Assembly (NCBI RefSeq): GCF_000025945.1
Contig: NC_006138.1
Location: 1,170,001-1,202,000 of the forward strand
Source: Desulfotalea psychrophila LSv54
GTDB lineage: Bacteria > Desulfobacterota > Desulfobulbia > Desulfobulbales > Desulfocapsaceae
Reading direction: 5' to 3'
Length of the DNA stretch: 32,000 nt
Shown: piece by piece, positions 9,381 to 19,064 of the stretch
Numbering within the stretch: position 1 is the stretch's first letter
Layout: each line of letters starts with the position of its first letter
The notes under the pieces: generated by a model
What the model was told of the DNA's origin: nothing
What the model saw: the letters and a program-made list of their open reading frames with translations, nothing else
The model's database searches: none
Program-made: the position numbers and the translations under genes

Positions 9381-10127
9381 TTATTTGAAATAGTTCAACA
9401 GGGCATGCAGGGTGGTGAGGGGATGAGGAGGGCAACCGGGAATATAGAGGTCTACGGGAAGCAAGCTATTCAAATCGCCCACAACTTCGCTGCTTCCGTA
9501 AAAAGGTCCACCAGAGATAGAGCAGCAGCCGCTGGCAATGACAACCTTGGGAGAGGCAACTGCCTCATAGGTGGTGATGAGCGCCTGTCTCATATTATGG
9601 GAAATGGGTCCAGTCACATGGAGACCATCAGCGTGGCGAGGGGAGGCAACAAAATCAATCCCGAACCTGGATAGATCAAAAAATGGGGTGTTCAGTACGT
9701 TGGTATCAGCTTCACAGGAGTTACAGCCGCCAGCGGATACCTGACGGAGTTGCAGGGATCTGCCAAAGAGCTTCTTGAAATGTGCCTTTGACTGTTTTGC
9801 CAGGGCAGGAAGCCCTGTGCTGCCAACAATCAATTCATCTCGATTGGCTGCACCCAATTCAAAGTTCTGGCTGAATTTTACAAAATTCCCCTCGGCAACC
9901 GTTTCGCATTGGCCGCAAAAGGTACATCTCCCCAGATCAATGGTTTTTGCCTCTGGATCAATACACTCTTGAGGACAGATATCTAGACATTGCCTTGCAA
10001 TCTCCGCTGAGCAATCCTTGTTGATAACAGGCATTCCTCGGTAGCGGTGGTAGAGGGAAATCGGCTCCTTGGGATACTTGGCGGTTTTATTCCCCTGCTC
10101 CATTTTATTCTTTATTATTTTCAGCAT
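9381..10127 (-). CDS. Group-4-hydrogenase/complex-I small subunit (HyfI/HycG/NuoB-like) fused to N-terminal ferredoxin-like segment
   Basis: 248 aa; SAGGCNSCEADTNVL, VIASGCCSISGGPFYG, LYIPGCPPHPLTTLHALL; N-terminal CLDICPQECIDPEAKTIDLGRCTFCGQC. Confidence 0.93.
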   Translation of the reverse strand: MLKIIKNKMEQGNKTAKYPKEPISLYHRYRGMPVINKDCSAEIARQCLDICPQECIDPEAKTIDLGRCTFCGQCETVAEGNFVKFSQNFELGAANRDELIVGSTGLPALAKQSKAHFKKLFGRSLQLRQVSAGGCNSCEADTNVLNTPFFDLSRFGIDFVASPRHADGLHVTGPISHNMRQALITTYEAVASPKVVIASGCCSISGGPFYGSSEVVGDLNSLLPVDLYIPGCPPHPLTTLHALLNYFK

Positions 10128-10183
10128 AGCAAACCCCTTCTCTTCACTCTATTTGTCTATGGCCCATAGGGGCCGAAGTTCGT

Positions 10184-11698
10184 TTACAGATCAAACCCGC
10201 AATAGGAGAGATTAAAGCTCTTATTACAGAGAGGAAAATCAGATATCTCCTGGTTTCTGAGGGACATCGCCAGTCCAGTCCAGTTGTGAAAGGAAGGATC
10301 CTTTATCTTATAGCGTTGCACCTTACCCTTTTTATCCGTTAAAATGCAGTGGGATATCTCCCCTCTCCAGCCCTCATTCAGGGTGATAATAAAGGCGTTT
10401 GGCGCCAGTATCTGATCCTGCATATGTACCTCGGAGGCAGTGTTCTCAGACTCTTCAATGAGGATGTTAATAAGTTTTAGAGAGTGCATAATTTCTTCTA
10501 CCCGCACCATACCGCGACTATTGACATCACCATTGGTTACCCGGTTCTCATTGGCAGGAAGTTCTCTGTAACATTCGGTGGGAAAACTGTTTCGAACGTC
10601 GTAGGCAATACCGGAGGCCCTTCCCGAATAGCCCACCAGGCCAAGATCTTTCGCCATTTCATGCTGCACTGTTCCGGTATGTTCAAAACGTGCCTGAACC
10701 GTATGGGCTGAAAAGATGAGATCACAGATATTTTCAATTTCGCCGGTCACCTCTAACAGCTTTTCGCGAATCAGTTTTCGTTGCTCCTCTCTCATGATAT
10801 GGGTAACTCCGCCCGGTCTCACCAGGCCCTTACCAAAGCGATTGCCACTCAGCACCTGAAGAAGATTGAGGAATTCACCCCTGATCCTGCCAAAATAGGC
10901 AGCCGGAGGGTTAAAGGCCGCATCACCTGCGAGAGCGCCAAGATCACCTATGTGATTACATATCCTCTCAAGTTCCAGCGCAGTGGTACGAATAATTTTG
11001 GCGCCTCTGTCAACAGAGATGCCAGCCAGCCCCTCTATGGCCTGACACATGGAGAGGCCGTGGCCAATGGAGGTGTCTCCTGCAATAGATTCGCAGATAA
11101 TAGGAAAACGTTTTTGGGGCAGGGTTGGCAGCATCTTTTCAATACCCCGGTGCTGATAGCCCAGTTGAATTTCCAGATGCAGTACCTCTTCACCGGCACA
11201 TTGGAAGCGAAAATGGCCGGGCTCAATAATACCTGCATGAACAGGTCCGACAGCAACTTCGTGAATAGATTCGCCCTCGACACTAAAGAAAGGGTAATTA
11301 CCTGGAATGTTTTCTTTTCCATAGTTATTACCAAAGACATCTTTAGCACCTGCATAATTTTTATGGTAGCGAACCATCTTTAACCACGGATGACCGTCGG
11401 GAGTTATCCCATATTGCTCTGCAATCTCCCGCTCAAACATATGAAATTTTTCACTTACTGCTCCAGTAAGAGACTGAAAAGATTTCCCTACTTCAGTGCC
11501 AATGACATAGAGATCTCTGTTTCTCACCACCGCCAGAAGGTGTTTCTTTTGCCCTTCCTCATAGGCGAAGAACTGGACAATAAAACCCTCATTTCTGACA
11601 AAGTCTGAGAGAGTTGTAAAAAAAACCTCATAGCTCACATGGGGAATAAGGCTTCGGTCTATGGCCTGCCCATTGTCTATTTTTAGGAGATTATCCAT
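10184..11698 (-). CDS. Group-4-hydrogenase-like large subunit (NuoC-NuoD/HyfG-like) lacking NiFe-ligand cysteines
   Basis: ORF to 11713, likely start MDNLLKIDNGQ at 11698. NuoC-like N-terminus, then GPVHAGIIEPGHFRF, ...LGYQHRGIEKML, ERICNHIGDLGALAGDAAF, C-term DFPLCNKSFNLSYCGFDL; no RxCGxC or DPCxxC. Confidence 0.93.
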   Translation of the reverse strand: MDNLLKIDNGQAIDRSLIPHVSYEVFFTTLSDFVRNEGFIVQFFAYEEGQKKHLLAVVRNRDLYVIGTEVGKSFQSLTGAVSEKFHMFEREIAEQYGITPDGHPWLKMVRYHKNYAGAKDVFGNNYGKENIPGNYPFFSVEGESIHEVAVGPVHAGIIEPGHFRFQCAGEEVLHLEIQLGYQHRGIEKMLPTLPQKRFPIICESIAGDTSIGHGLSMCQAIEGLAGISVDRGAKIIRTTALELERICNHIGDLGALAGDAAFNPPAAYFGRIRGEFLNLLQVLSGNRFGKGLVRPGGVTHIMREEQRKLIREKLLEVTGEIENICDLIFSAHTVQARFEHTGTVQHEMAKDLGLVGYSGRASGIAYDVRNSFPTECYRELPANENRVTNGDVNSRGMVRVEEIMHSLKLINILIEESENTASEVHMQDQILAPNAFIITLNEGWRGEISHCILTDKKGKVQRYKIKDPSFHNWTGLAMSLRNQEISDFPLCNKSFNLSYCGFDL

Positions 11699-13118
11699 TG
11701 ATCGTACCTCCAATCAGGGAAATGGAATTAATAATAGCCTTATAAAGGGCATCCGGCATCCATATGCAGATGGTGGCTGACATTAAGAGCAGGGCATAGG
11801 GCGGTATCAGACGGAGAATGTTCTCCTTGGTTCGTACAGGGGAGCCACCGTCGCCAAAGGACATGGACATGAAGATGCGACCCGATCCGGCACAAACCAG
11901 GGTTATGGCAAAGAGGAAGAGTCCGGCTGGCAGGTATCGGCCGTTTTGCAAGGCCCCGATAGTAATGATGACCTCACTTATAAAAAGGCCAAAGGGAGGA
12001 AGCCCTGAGATGCCCACAAAACCGGCAAAAAGGGAGATAAATGTCTTAGGCAGGTGGCGTACTACCCCGCCGATCTTCTGTACCTTTTTGCTGTCAAAAC
12101 CTAGGAGGACATTGCCTGCCGAGAGAAAGAGGGAAGATTTAATTAGTGAGTGATGGAGGATATGGAGAAAAGCCCCATAGACGGCAAAACCACCAATTCC
12201 TACCCCGAAGGCAATAACGCCCATATTCTTAATACTGGAATAGGCAAGCATTCTCTTATAATCAGGTTGGCTGATGATGAAAATTGCCCCGACAAACATG
12301 GAGAAGAGACCAAAACCGACCAGTACATTTCCTGAAAATCCGCCAAGCCCTGCCATGGTCATCAGCACATGTACCTTATAGATGCCAAGAAAGGCACAGT
12401 TCAAAAGAGCGCCGGATAAAAGTGCTGAAGCCGGACTTGGCGCCTGGCTATGGGCATCCGGTAACCAGGTATGCATGGGGGCAAGCCCCATCTTGGTTCC
12501 GAAACCAATGACTACAAAGATGAAGCCGGTTTTTAACCAGAGAGGGTCAAGTTGAGGAGCTACCTGATAAAGAGAGTTAAAGGTTAGAGGTGCATCGATA
12601 TTGCCAAGATCCATGGAGAGGGTAATGAAAAAACAGCCAAGGAGGGCAAGGGCAATCCCCACTGAACAGATCAGCACATACTTCCAAGTTGCTTCCAAAG
12701 CTTCCTGAGAGCGATGAATAAAGATCAGAGGAGCACTGACAAGGGTGGTGGCTTCAACGGCAATCCATAAAACAATTGGGTGATCCGAAAGGGTTACCAT
12801 GGACATGGTGCCGAGAAAGAGCATCATGCAACAGTTAAAGAGGGGTTTATTCTCAACCTCTGTTTCCTCTATATAGGAAAAGGCATATATGGAGATACAG
12901 ATAAAAATAAAAGAGGTGAGCAGGAGAATGAGTAAACCCTCAGGAGAAATCCCAAAGAGTTGGGGATAAGAAGGACTCAGGGCACCTAGCCAGGCCATCG
13001 CAGTCAGAACCAAATGCAGGCCCGCCACCGCAAGCAGAAGCACCCTCCCCATCTGTACAGGTAGGATCAGGACTGAAATCCCGGTAACAAAGGGAATTAT
13101 AAATATTAATTCTAGCAT
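11691..13118 (-). CDS. Antiporter-like membrane subunit (HyfF/NuoN-like)
   Basis: 475 aa; VEATTLVSAPLIFIHRSQEALEATWKY, GTKMGLAPMHTWLPDAHSQAPSPASALLSG, SSIKNMGVIAFGVG. Confidence 0.94.
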   Translation of the reverse strand: MLELIFIIPFVTGISVLILPVQMGRVLLLAVAGLHLVLTAMAWLGALSPSYPQLFGISPEGLLILLLTSFIFICISIYAFSYIEETEVENKPLFNCCMMLFLGTMSMVTLSDHPIVLWIAVEATTLVSAPLIFIHRSQEALEATWKYVLICSVGIALALLGCFFITLSMDLGNIDAPLTFNSLYQVAPQLDPLWLKTGFIFVVIGFGTKMGLAPMHTWLPDAHSQAPSPASALLSGALLNCAFLGIYKVHVLMTMAGLGGFSGNVLVGFGLFSMFVGAIFIISQPDYKRMLAYSSIKNMGVIAFGVGIGGFAVYGAFLHILHHSLIKSSLFLSAGNVLLGFDSKKVQKIGGVVRHLPKTFISLFAGFVGISGLPPFGLFISEVIITIGALQNGRYLPAGLFLFAITLVCAGSGRIFMSMSFGDGGSPVRTKENILRLIPPYALLLMSATICIWMPDALYKAIINSISLIGGTING

Positions 13119-13122
13119 ATTA

Positions 13123-13776
13123 TCAATCCTTTAGGCGTCCGAGTAAAGTGGTGTCAACATCATCAAAGGCACTGTTGATGTTGTGCAGGATGATTCCCAT
13201 AACCATGACCCCTACCAGGATGTCGAGCAGGATACCAAACTCCACTATATAGAGGGTATGGCTATGCTTGGTCAGGGCAGTACCAATGAGATAGATGCCA
13301 TTTTCAAGCATCAGGTAGCCAATAACCTGAGTAATGGCTTTGGTTCTTGCCATCATTAGAAAAAATCCTGAGGCCATGGTGGTGATGGCGGTAATCAGCA
13401 CTATTTCCTCTCCGCCATTAAGGGATGGACGCAGGTAATTGGTGATGAAAACGGAAACGAGGATAATGCCAAGCCCGGTGAAAATAGACGCGTGATAGCC
13501 GATAATGGGCACGATCTCCCGTTTAATGACTACTCGCTTTAGGGCTACATAAAGTAGACCCGGTATAATTATTCCCTTAACGATGAGCATGAGTAGAAAG
13601 AAACCAATTGCTCCAGCGCCGAAATCGCCATGATCCCTTAAAAAGAGAGGGATGATGGAAACAGCAGCTCCCTGCCAAGCCATAATTGTCACCAAAGTCT
13701 TCAATCTAGACGTTCCAAGGGAGAACATTACCGAGAGAAGAATGATGACCAGGGTTACCTCTGTAAAATTTATCAT
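13123..13776 (-). CDS. Hydrogenase-4-type membrane subunit (HyfE-like)
   Basis: 217 aa; six-helix protein with IGYLMLENGIYLIG ... VEFGILLDILVGVMVMGIILHNI, typical HyfE. Confidence 0.92.
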   Translation of the reverse strand: MINFTEVTLVIILLSVMFSLGTSRLKTLVTIMAWQGAAVSIIPLFLRDHGDFGAGAIGFFLLMLIVKGIIIPGLLYVALKRVVIKREIVPIIGYHASIFTGLGIILVSVFITNYLRPSLNGGEEIVLITAITTMASGFFLMMARTKAITQVIGYLMLENGIYLIGTALTKHSHTLYIVEFGILLDILVGVMVMGIILHNINSAFDDVDTTLLGRLKD

Positions 13777-14690
13777 TGAAAGACTCCCATGGTTAAGATG
13801 GCAGCAAAGAATGCCAGGGCGAAGGAGGTGAGGATGAACTTCGGTACTCCATCCATCTTGAAGCGAGCAGTAATGGACTCGGTTACCCCAATGCTCACAT
13901 AGAGCAGAGCCATAATAGTGTAGAAGACCAATGCGTTGACGATACCGGCGCCCCCGCTGAATGGATAGATAACATGGGTGATAAAAGCGGAATAAAAGAA
14001 CAGTTTATAAAAGGCTCCCAGCTCGATTAAGGCCAGATCAGGGCCACTGTGGTCAAGGATCATGGCCTCATGAATCATGGTCAGTTCAAGATGAGTTTGA
14101 GGGTCATCAACCGGTACTCTGGAGTTTTCGGTGAGAAGTACCATGAACAGGGAAACGATAACGAAAACCATCAGGGCCCCGGAAACAGCAAAGAGAGAAA
14201 GAGGATTGTCTCCCGTAAAGTATTCCGCAAAACTCAAAGATCCATTGAGGCGATAAAAGAGGATGAGAACGGCAAAGAGGGTGATTTCAGCAAGGGTTGA
14301 AAAAAACACCTCACGGGCAGCGCCCATACCTGCAAAAGGAGACGCTGTATCAAGTGCTGCGAGCACTGTAAAGAATCGGCCTATTCCCATGATATAGAAG
14401 AGGACAATCACGTCTCCATGGAAGGAGAAGAGAGGCGCTGCCCCGGCAAAGGGGAAAAAGAGGAGAACAATAAGAGCCGATGTAAACGAGACAGTAGGCC
14501 CCATTTTAAAGATAAAACTGGTGCTGGTGCTATATACGGAGCCCTTTTTTAAGAGTTTGCTCAGGGTATAGTACTTAATTAAAAGTGGTGGCCCCTGTTT
14601 ACCTGCAAAAAATGCCTTTACCTTGCCGATTATACCCGGAAAAAGGGGTGCTGACAGCATGGCTACGGCTAGTGATATATATGATTCCAT
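13773..14690 (-). CDS. NuoH/HyfC/HycD-like membrane subunit
   Basis: 305 aa; PLFPGIIGKVKAFFAGKQGPPLLIKYYTLSKLLKKG, NSRVPVDDPQTHLELTMIHEAMILDHSGPDLALIELG. Confidence 0.95.
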   Translation of the reverse strand: MESYISLAVAMLSAPLFPGIIGKVKAFFAGKQGPPLLIKYYTLSKLLKKGSVYSTSTSFIFKMGPTVSFTSALIVLLFFPFAGAAPLFSFHGDVIVLFYIMGIGRFFTVLAALDTASPFAGMGAAREVFFSTLAEITLFAVLILFYRLNGSLSFAEYFTGDNPLSLFAVSGALMVFVIVSLFMVLLTENSRVPVDDPQTHLELTMIHEAMILDHSGPDLALIELGAFYKLFFYSAFITHVIYPFSGGAGIVNALVFYTIMALLYVSIGVTESITARFKMDGVPKFILTSFALAFFAAILTMGVFQ

Positions 14691-14722
14691 GGTTTACCTC
14701 TCTAAAATGTTCCTCTCTTCTC

Positions 14723-16681
14723 TTAAACGCAGAGAAGAAGGACGATGATTGTCACAGCTATATAGGCAATATAGAGTTGAATATGGCCATGTTGAATCCA
14801 ACGGAATTTGCCTAAAAAGTAGAGAAGAGGCGTTACAATTCGCTCAATCAGACAGACCTCTGCTATATCGTCCACCTCGGTTTTATAGGTGGTCTTCCTG
14901 GGGAATATTCTTTTGATCCCCGAATAGTTTGTCTTTATTTGAATAAATGGCCTAAAGAAGGCGATGATGCTCATCGCATAAGAGGTCCCTGTGTATTGCA
15001 TCTTTACGCTGGGTTGGGCAAAAGCACAGCCCCAGGTTGGCGCTTGTACAACCACCTTATTGCGGTATAAAAGTTTACGTAGCAATGTGCTGAAAATGAG
15101 CACAGCAAGGAAGAGCCGGGCTGCAAGGCCAAGGTTTTCGGCGAGTAGTGTTACCTCTGCTCCGTCTATAGGCGTTAAAGCGGGAATGCTTGCAAGGGCG
15201 CTAAAGACAATACCGACAAAGGGCGCTGGGAAAAGGCCAATAAACAGACAGGAGGCAGCGAGGAAAATCATGGGAAGGGTCATGGTAAATCCTGCCTCAG
15301 TAGCCTTTGCCGCCTTGGCAGTCCGTGGCTCACCAAGGAAAATTATCCCCATCATTCGGGTAAAACAGGAGGCGGCAAGGCCACCGATGATGGCGAGTGC
15401 GAGGATGGACAGCATGGCGAAAAGAAAGGCTGAACCCTTAAGGCTCAGGCCATGAAAGGCACCATAATAAATCAAAAACTCACTAATAAAGCCATTAAAG
15501 GGAGGCAGACCAGAGATGGAGACACTGCCTGCGAGAAAACTCTTACCGGTAAGGGGCAGACGTTTTATCAAGCCGCCCAGTTCGTCGAGGCGTCTGGTTC
15601 CTGTCTTTTGTACGATAGCGCCGGCACCAAGAAAAAGTAGGGTTTTAAAGAGGGAGTGGTTGAGCACATGGAGGAGGCAGCCTGCAAAGCCAAAACTTGC
15701 CATCACCATATTTCCCGTGCTCATACCCATCATGCCAATACCGGCACCAATGAGGATGACACCTATATTTTCCACACTACTATAGGCGAGTACCTTCTTG
15801 ATGTCCTGCTTGCCAAGGGCGTAAACCACACCTAAAATCCCTGAGATCATACCCAGGGTGAGCACTGTTTGACCGATTATAAGGCTGGTGTCTTCAAGCT
15901 CAACATAGAGGCGGATAATCCCGTAGATACCCATCTTAATCATTACCCCGGACATAATCGCCGAGATATGACATGGTGCGGCCGGGTGAGCATGGGGTAA
16001 CCACATATGCAGGGGAAAGATGCCTGCTTTTGAACCAAATCCTACCAGGGCGAGGAAGAAAACAATCAATTTGATATGGGCTGGCAAGGTGGCAAATGCT
16101 GCAAAATCATGGATTCCTGTTTGGCTATAGGCTAAGGCGAGTGCTGCAATGATGAACATTGCACCTGCCTGGGCAAAGACAAAGTAGATATATCCAGCTC
16201 TGCGTGTATCCTCTTCCTGATAGTCGTGAATGACAAGAAAAAAGGAAGAGAGCGACATCAACTCCCATACCAAAAGAAAGCTGATAATATTATCAGCTGC
16301 TGTCACCAGGGCCATAGATATGAGGAGAAGATTAAAGAAAAAGAAACTCACACCGATTCGTCCCTTCTCTTCAATCTTGTCCATATAATGATAGCTGTAG
16401 AGTGCTGCTAAAGGGCATACGACAAAGATAGGAATCAGGAAAAATGCGGAAAGAGCATCTAGGGAAAAAGAGAGGGTGAAAAGATGTAGCCATGGCCTTG
16501 AAAAGCTGGGCACTACAGCACCGTGCAGGGGGATTGTGATTGCATATATACCAATCGCACAGCCTACAGCTGTAATTATCACATAGCCGACCTTCATTAC
16601 ATTAAAATGGCGATAGCTCAGTAATGAAAAAATCCCACCGACAAATAACACTGTGAGTGAAAGTAGAAAGATGTTCATCAT
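14723..16681 (-). CDS. Antiporter-like membrane subunit (HyfB/HycC/NuoL-like)
   Basis: 652 aa; LLVWELMSLSSFFLVIHDYQ, FGSKAGIFPLHMWLPHAHPAAPCHISAIMSG, AYSSVENIGVILIGAG, HVLNHSLFKTLLFLGAGA. Confidence 0.95.
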   Translation of the reverse strand: MMNIFLLSLTVLFVGGIFSLLSYRHFNVMKVGYVIITAVGCAIGIYAITIPLHGAVVPSFSRPWLHLFTLSFSLDALSAFFLIPIFVVCPLAALYSYHYMDKIEEKGRIGVSFFFFNLLLISMALVTAADNIISFLLVWELMSLSSFFLVIHDYQEEDTRRAGYIYFVFAQAGAMFIIAALALAYSQTGIHDFAAFATLPAHIKLIVFFLALVGFGSKAGIFPLHMWLPHAHPAAPCHISAIMSGVMIKMGIYGIIRLYVELEDTSLIIGQTVLTLGMISGILGVVYALGKQDIKKVLAYSSVENIGVILIGAGIGMMGMSTGNMVMASFGFAGCLLHVLNHSLFKTLLFLGAGAIVQKTGTRRLDELGGLIKRLPLTGKSFLAGSVSISGLPPFNGFISEFLIYYGAFHGLSLKGSAFLFAMLSILALAIIGGLAASCFTRMMGIIFLGEPRTAKAAKATEAGFTMTLPMIFLAASCLFIGLFPAPFVGIVFSALASIPALTPIDGAEVTLLAENLGLAARLFLAVLIFSTLLRKLLYRNKVVVQAPTWGCAFAQPSVKMQYTGTSYAMSIIAFFRPFIQIKTNYSGIKRIFPRKTTYKTEVDDIAEVCLIERIVTPLLYFLGKFRWIQHGHIQLYIAYIAVTIIVLLLCV

Positions 16682-16975
16682 TCCTCGTTTTAAAAAAGTT
16701 AGTCACTAGGGTGAATGTTGTCTTGTCTGAGAACTTTGGTGAGTTATCATTTGGTCATAAAACCTCCATCTTCGTGGTGTTAAATCTGTCATTATATTGC
16801 TTATATCCTTAAGTAATTTATCTTTTCGTGTGAGCCTTATCTGGGCTAAGGCAGGCATCCTCTCAGTCTGAGATGGTTGCCTGCGGGGGGCTCTCTGGGA
16901 GCTGGAGACCTGGTGGCCTTGTAACAGACCTCCAATAAAGAGGCTTATATTTCCAGTATTAATGTCTCTAAAGGG

Positions 16976-17224
16976 CTAGAGGATGTCAGAGCCTGCATCT
17001 TCAAGGGTATACCCATACCATGCACTTCCTTGAGAGATGGCGGGGAGAGGGAGTATGGGGATCATATTCTCGCTTCTGGCTATCATGAATTCCATCCATT
17101 GGCTGGCATCGGATGAGGAGATAAAGGGTCCGAGCTCTGTACAGATCTGCATTCCCTGAAAATCTTTACTAATGTTTTTGCTAGCTTCTTGCAGGTCTTG
17201 GGTGATGCCAATGAACATTTTCAT
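16976..17224 (-). CDS. Small conserved hypothetical protein, paralogue A
   Basis: 82 aa MKMFIGITQDLQEASKN...TELGPFISSSDASQW...WYGYTLED; paralogous to the neighbouring ORF, which supports a real coding sequence. Confidence 0.75.
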   Translation of the reverse strand: MKMFIGITQDLQEASKNISKDFQGMQICTELGPFISSSDASQWMEFMIARSENMIPILPLPAISQGSAWYGYTLEDAGSDIL

Positions 17225-17292
17225 GATGCCTTCCTCTCTCTTGAGTGATACATAGAATGGGTAAAGTGCTGCGCAGGGAGCCCAGCCGACAA

Positions 17293-17526
17293 TTAGATCT
17301 GCTCAAAGGTGAAACCATACCACCCGCCATCTTTAGAGGTGTTCTCCATGCTGGAGAGCTCTTCAAGATTTCTGATCTTCTCCTTCAGGTGGTTCAACCA
17401 AAGAAGTGCATCTTCTTGAGAAAGAAAGGGACCGAGCTCGGTTAAAGAGTCTTTCGTTCCGCCTTGATAAGTAAGAAGTCTCTGTATCTCTTCTTGATTT
17501 TGGGTAATACCAATAAAAATTTTCAC
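17293..17526 (-). CDS. Small conserved hypothetical protein, paralogue B
   Basis: 77 aa MKIFIGITQNQEEIQRL...LTELGPFLSQEDALLW...WYGFTFEQI; tandem paralogue of 16976-17224. Confidence 0.78.
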   Translation of the reverse strand: MKIFIGITQNQEEIQRLLTYQGGTKDSLTELGPFLSQEDALLWLNHLKEKIRNLEELSSMENTSKDGGWYGFTFEQI

Positions 17527-18106
17527 ATTTGACCTTTATGAAAATAAAATAATAACAACATCTTAACCTTGACCTTCTGATACAAAATCAGTGCCAGAAA
17601 GAGGTTGTTCTGTTTAAGTAATTGATATTGTGTGAAAAAATTTAGTGTGGAATGTCCAACCACTTGTTTTTAAGGGTCTTTTGTTTTTGGATCGCAGAGA
17701 TGAAGGGAAAAGCGAGGGGAAAACTGAGGCATCGTGCCCCAATTTTAGAAAAAGAGAGGCGATATGAGCTGGGTAAAAACGAAGGATTATGAGAGTGGCA
17801 GGGTGAGGTGTAGTAAAATGGGGGCTAGAGAAGGATGAATGGAGTTCATACCTTTTACTGATCGTTGAATAATTCAGGTATGTGGCATTATGCCCCATAA
17901 AGGCAAAACGCTACAGAAGGGGATGGGAAGTCGATAAAACCTTCTTCTGCAAATATGATCGGAGCTTGACCTGTGCTCAACTGGAGTAATGACTTTATTC
18001 GCCCCCCCCCCTCGCTAAAGACCTGCTTCTTTAGAGTGGCGGGGCTCCGGGGTCTGATAGTCTATCTTCAAGGATCAATGAGGGTGAAAGCTCTGGCTCC
18101 ACCTAA

Positions 18107-18820
18107 TCATCCCACGCTGAAGCGAAAGACACCATCTCCAGGTCGATTAAGAGAGGAGCTACCTAGGCTTATCCTGCGCTCGGAGAGTTGCTCGATGACG
18201 TGTTTCAGGTGGTCGCCGGGTAAGATGACATTGAGGTGAGCATCTTCAGATGCGCTGTGTCTGGAGCAGCAGGCCGGGGATATTTTGGCTAGGTTTTTAT
18301 TGTGGACCAGGACACAATCCGCACAGGAGGCGGAGTTGCTATTTACCTCTAGTGGCTGAGCGCCGGATGCCAATGTCCACTGGTCAATAAGCTCATCGGC
18401 CTGGGCCTTGGTGCAGTAACAGTGAACTGTATCCGCTACAAATTGAGCAACCGTGAGCGGGGCGATAGCAATACCTAAAACCCCATGTTGCAGTTGTTGC
18501 CTCGGATGATTGCTTGCCTGAGCAGTGGCATCCTGCCAGTTGAAGCGATACTTCGCATCATCACAGCCAAGAGTTTTTGCCTCTAAATAGATGATCTGTT
18601 TTTCTAGGTGGGCGGTATCCATCAGGGTGCAGAAGGGTGTTGCCTGTGTTGGCTCATGGTAATCATGCCATTTTTTGAAGTAATCAACTTCAATCTGGGC
18701 GTAGAAAAATTTTACTGCAACTGGAGGATGGCAGAGCTTGAGCTCTGTCATCAGGGTTTCCTGCATATTTTGATAGTTGCGTCTATAGAGTGGTTTCTCG
18801 TCTAGTGGCTTTTCATACAT
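18107..18820 (-). CDS. DUF169-like protein (putative metal-binding, Cys-rich)
   Basis: 237 aa; L..CHPPVAVKFF start, EVNSNSASCADC, SPACCSRHSAS, LNVILPGDHLKHVIEQL resemble DUF169 proteins. Confidence 0.7.
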   Translation of the reverse strand: MYEKPLDEKPLYRRNYQNMQETLMTELKLCHPPVAVKFFYAQIEVDYFKKWHDYHEPTQATPFCTLMDTAHLEKQIIYLEAKTLGCDDAKYRFNWQDATAQASNHPRQQLQHGVLGIAIAPLTVAQFVADTVHCYCTKAQADELIDQWTLASGAQPLEVNSNSASCADCVLVHNKNLAKISPACCSRHSASEDAHLNVILPGDHLKHVIEQLSERRISLGSSSLNRPGDGVFRFSVG

Positions 18821-18901
18821 GAGATGTTCCTTTTCTAGAGTGTTTCATAATGATTCGGGCAGGAAAAAAAGTTGGGTCCCCGATGAAGTTGTTTCTAGTG
18901 G

Positions 18902-18938
18902 TAATAAATATAGTGAACTGTGACAAGCGAAGATTTTT
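18902..18938. promoter_or_regulatory. Shared upstream element copy 2 (see 6180)
   Basis: TAATAAATATAGTGAACTGTGACAAGCGAAGATTTTTT, about 82 bp upstream of the DUF169-like gene start. Confidence 0.45.
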
Positions 18939-19064
18939 TGGGTGAGAAGGTCATCGGCTCAGTTCAGGCTGTGTTGGCGTAATTATAGTCAGCTCATTCA
19001 CCTTGCAAATTAGGCAGCTGACTGTATAAAGAGATCAATATCAAAAAATAAGGGGATAGCCATC

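Noticed and set aside
9381-16681. Calling the cluster a formate hydrogenlyase or H2-evolving hydrogenase-4
   Set aside because: No NiFe-ligand CxxC pairs in the large subunit, no formate dehydrogenase gene and no hydrogenase maturation genes in the window.
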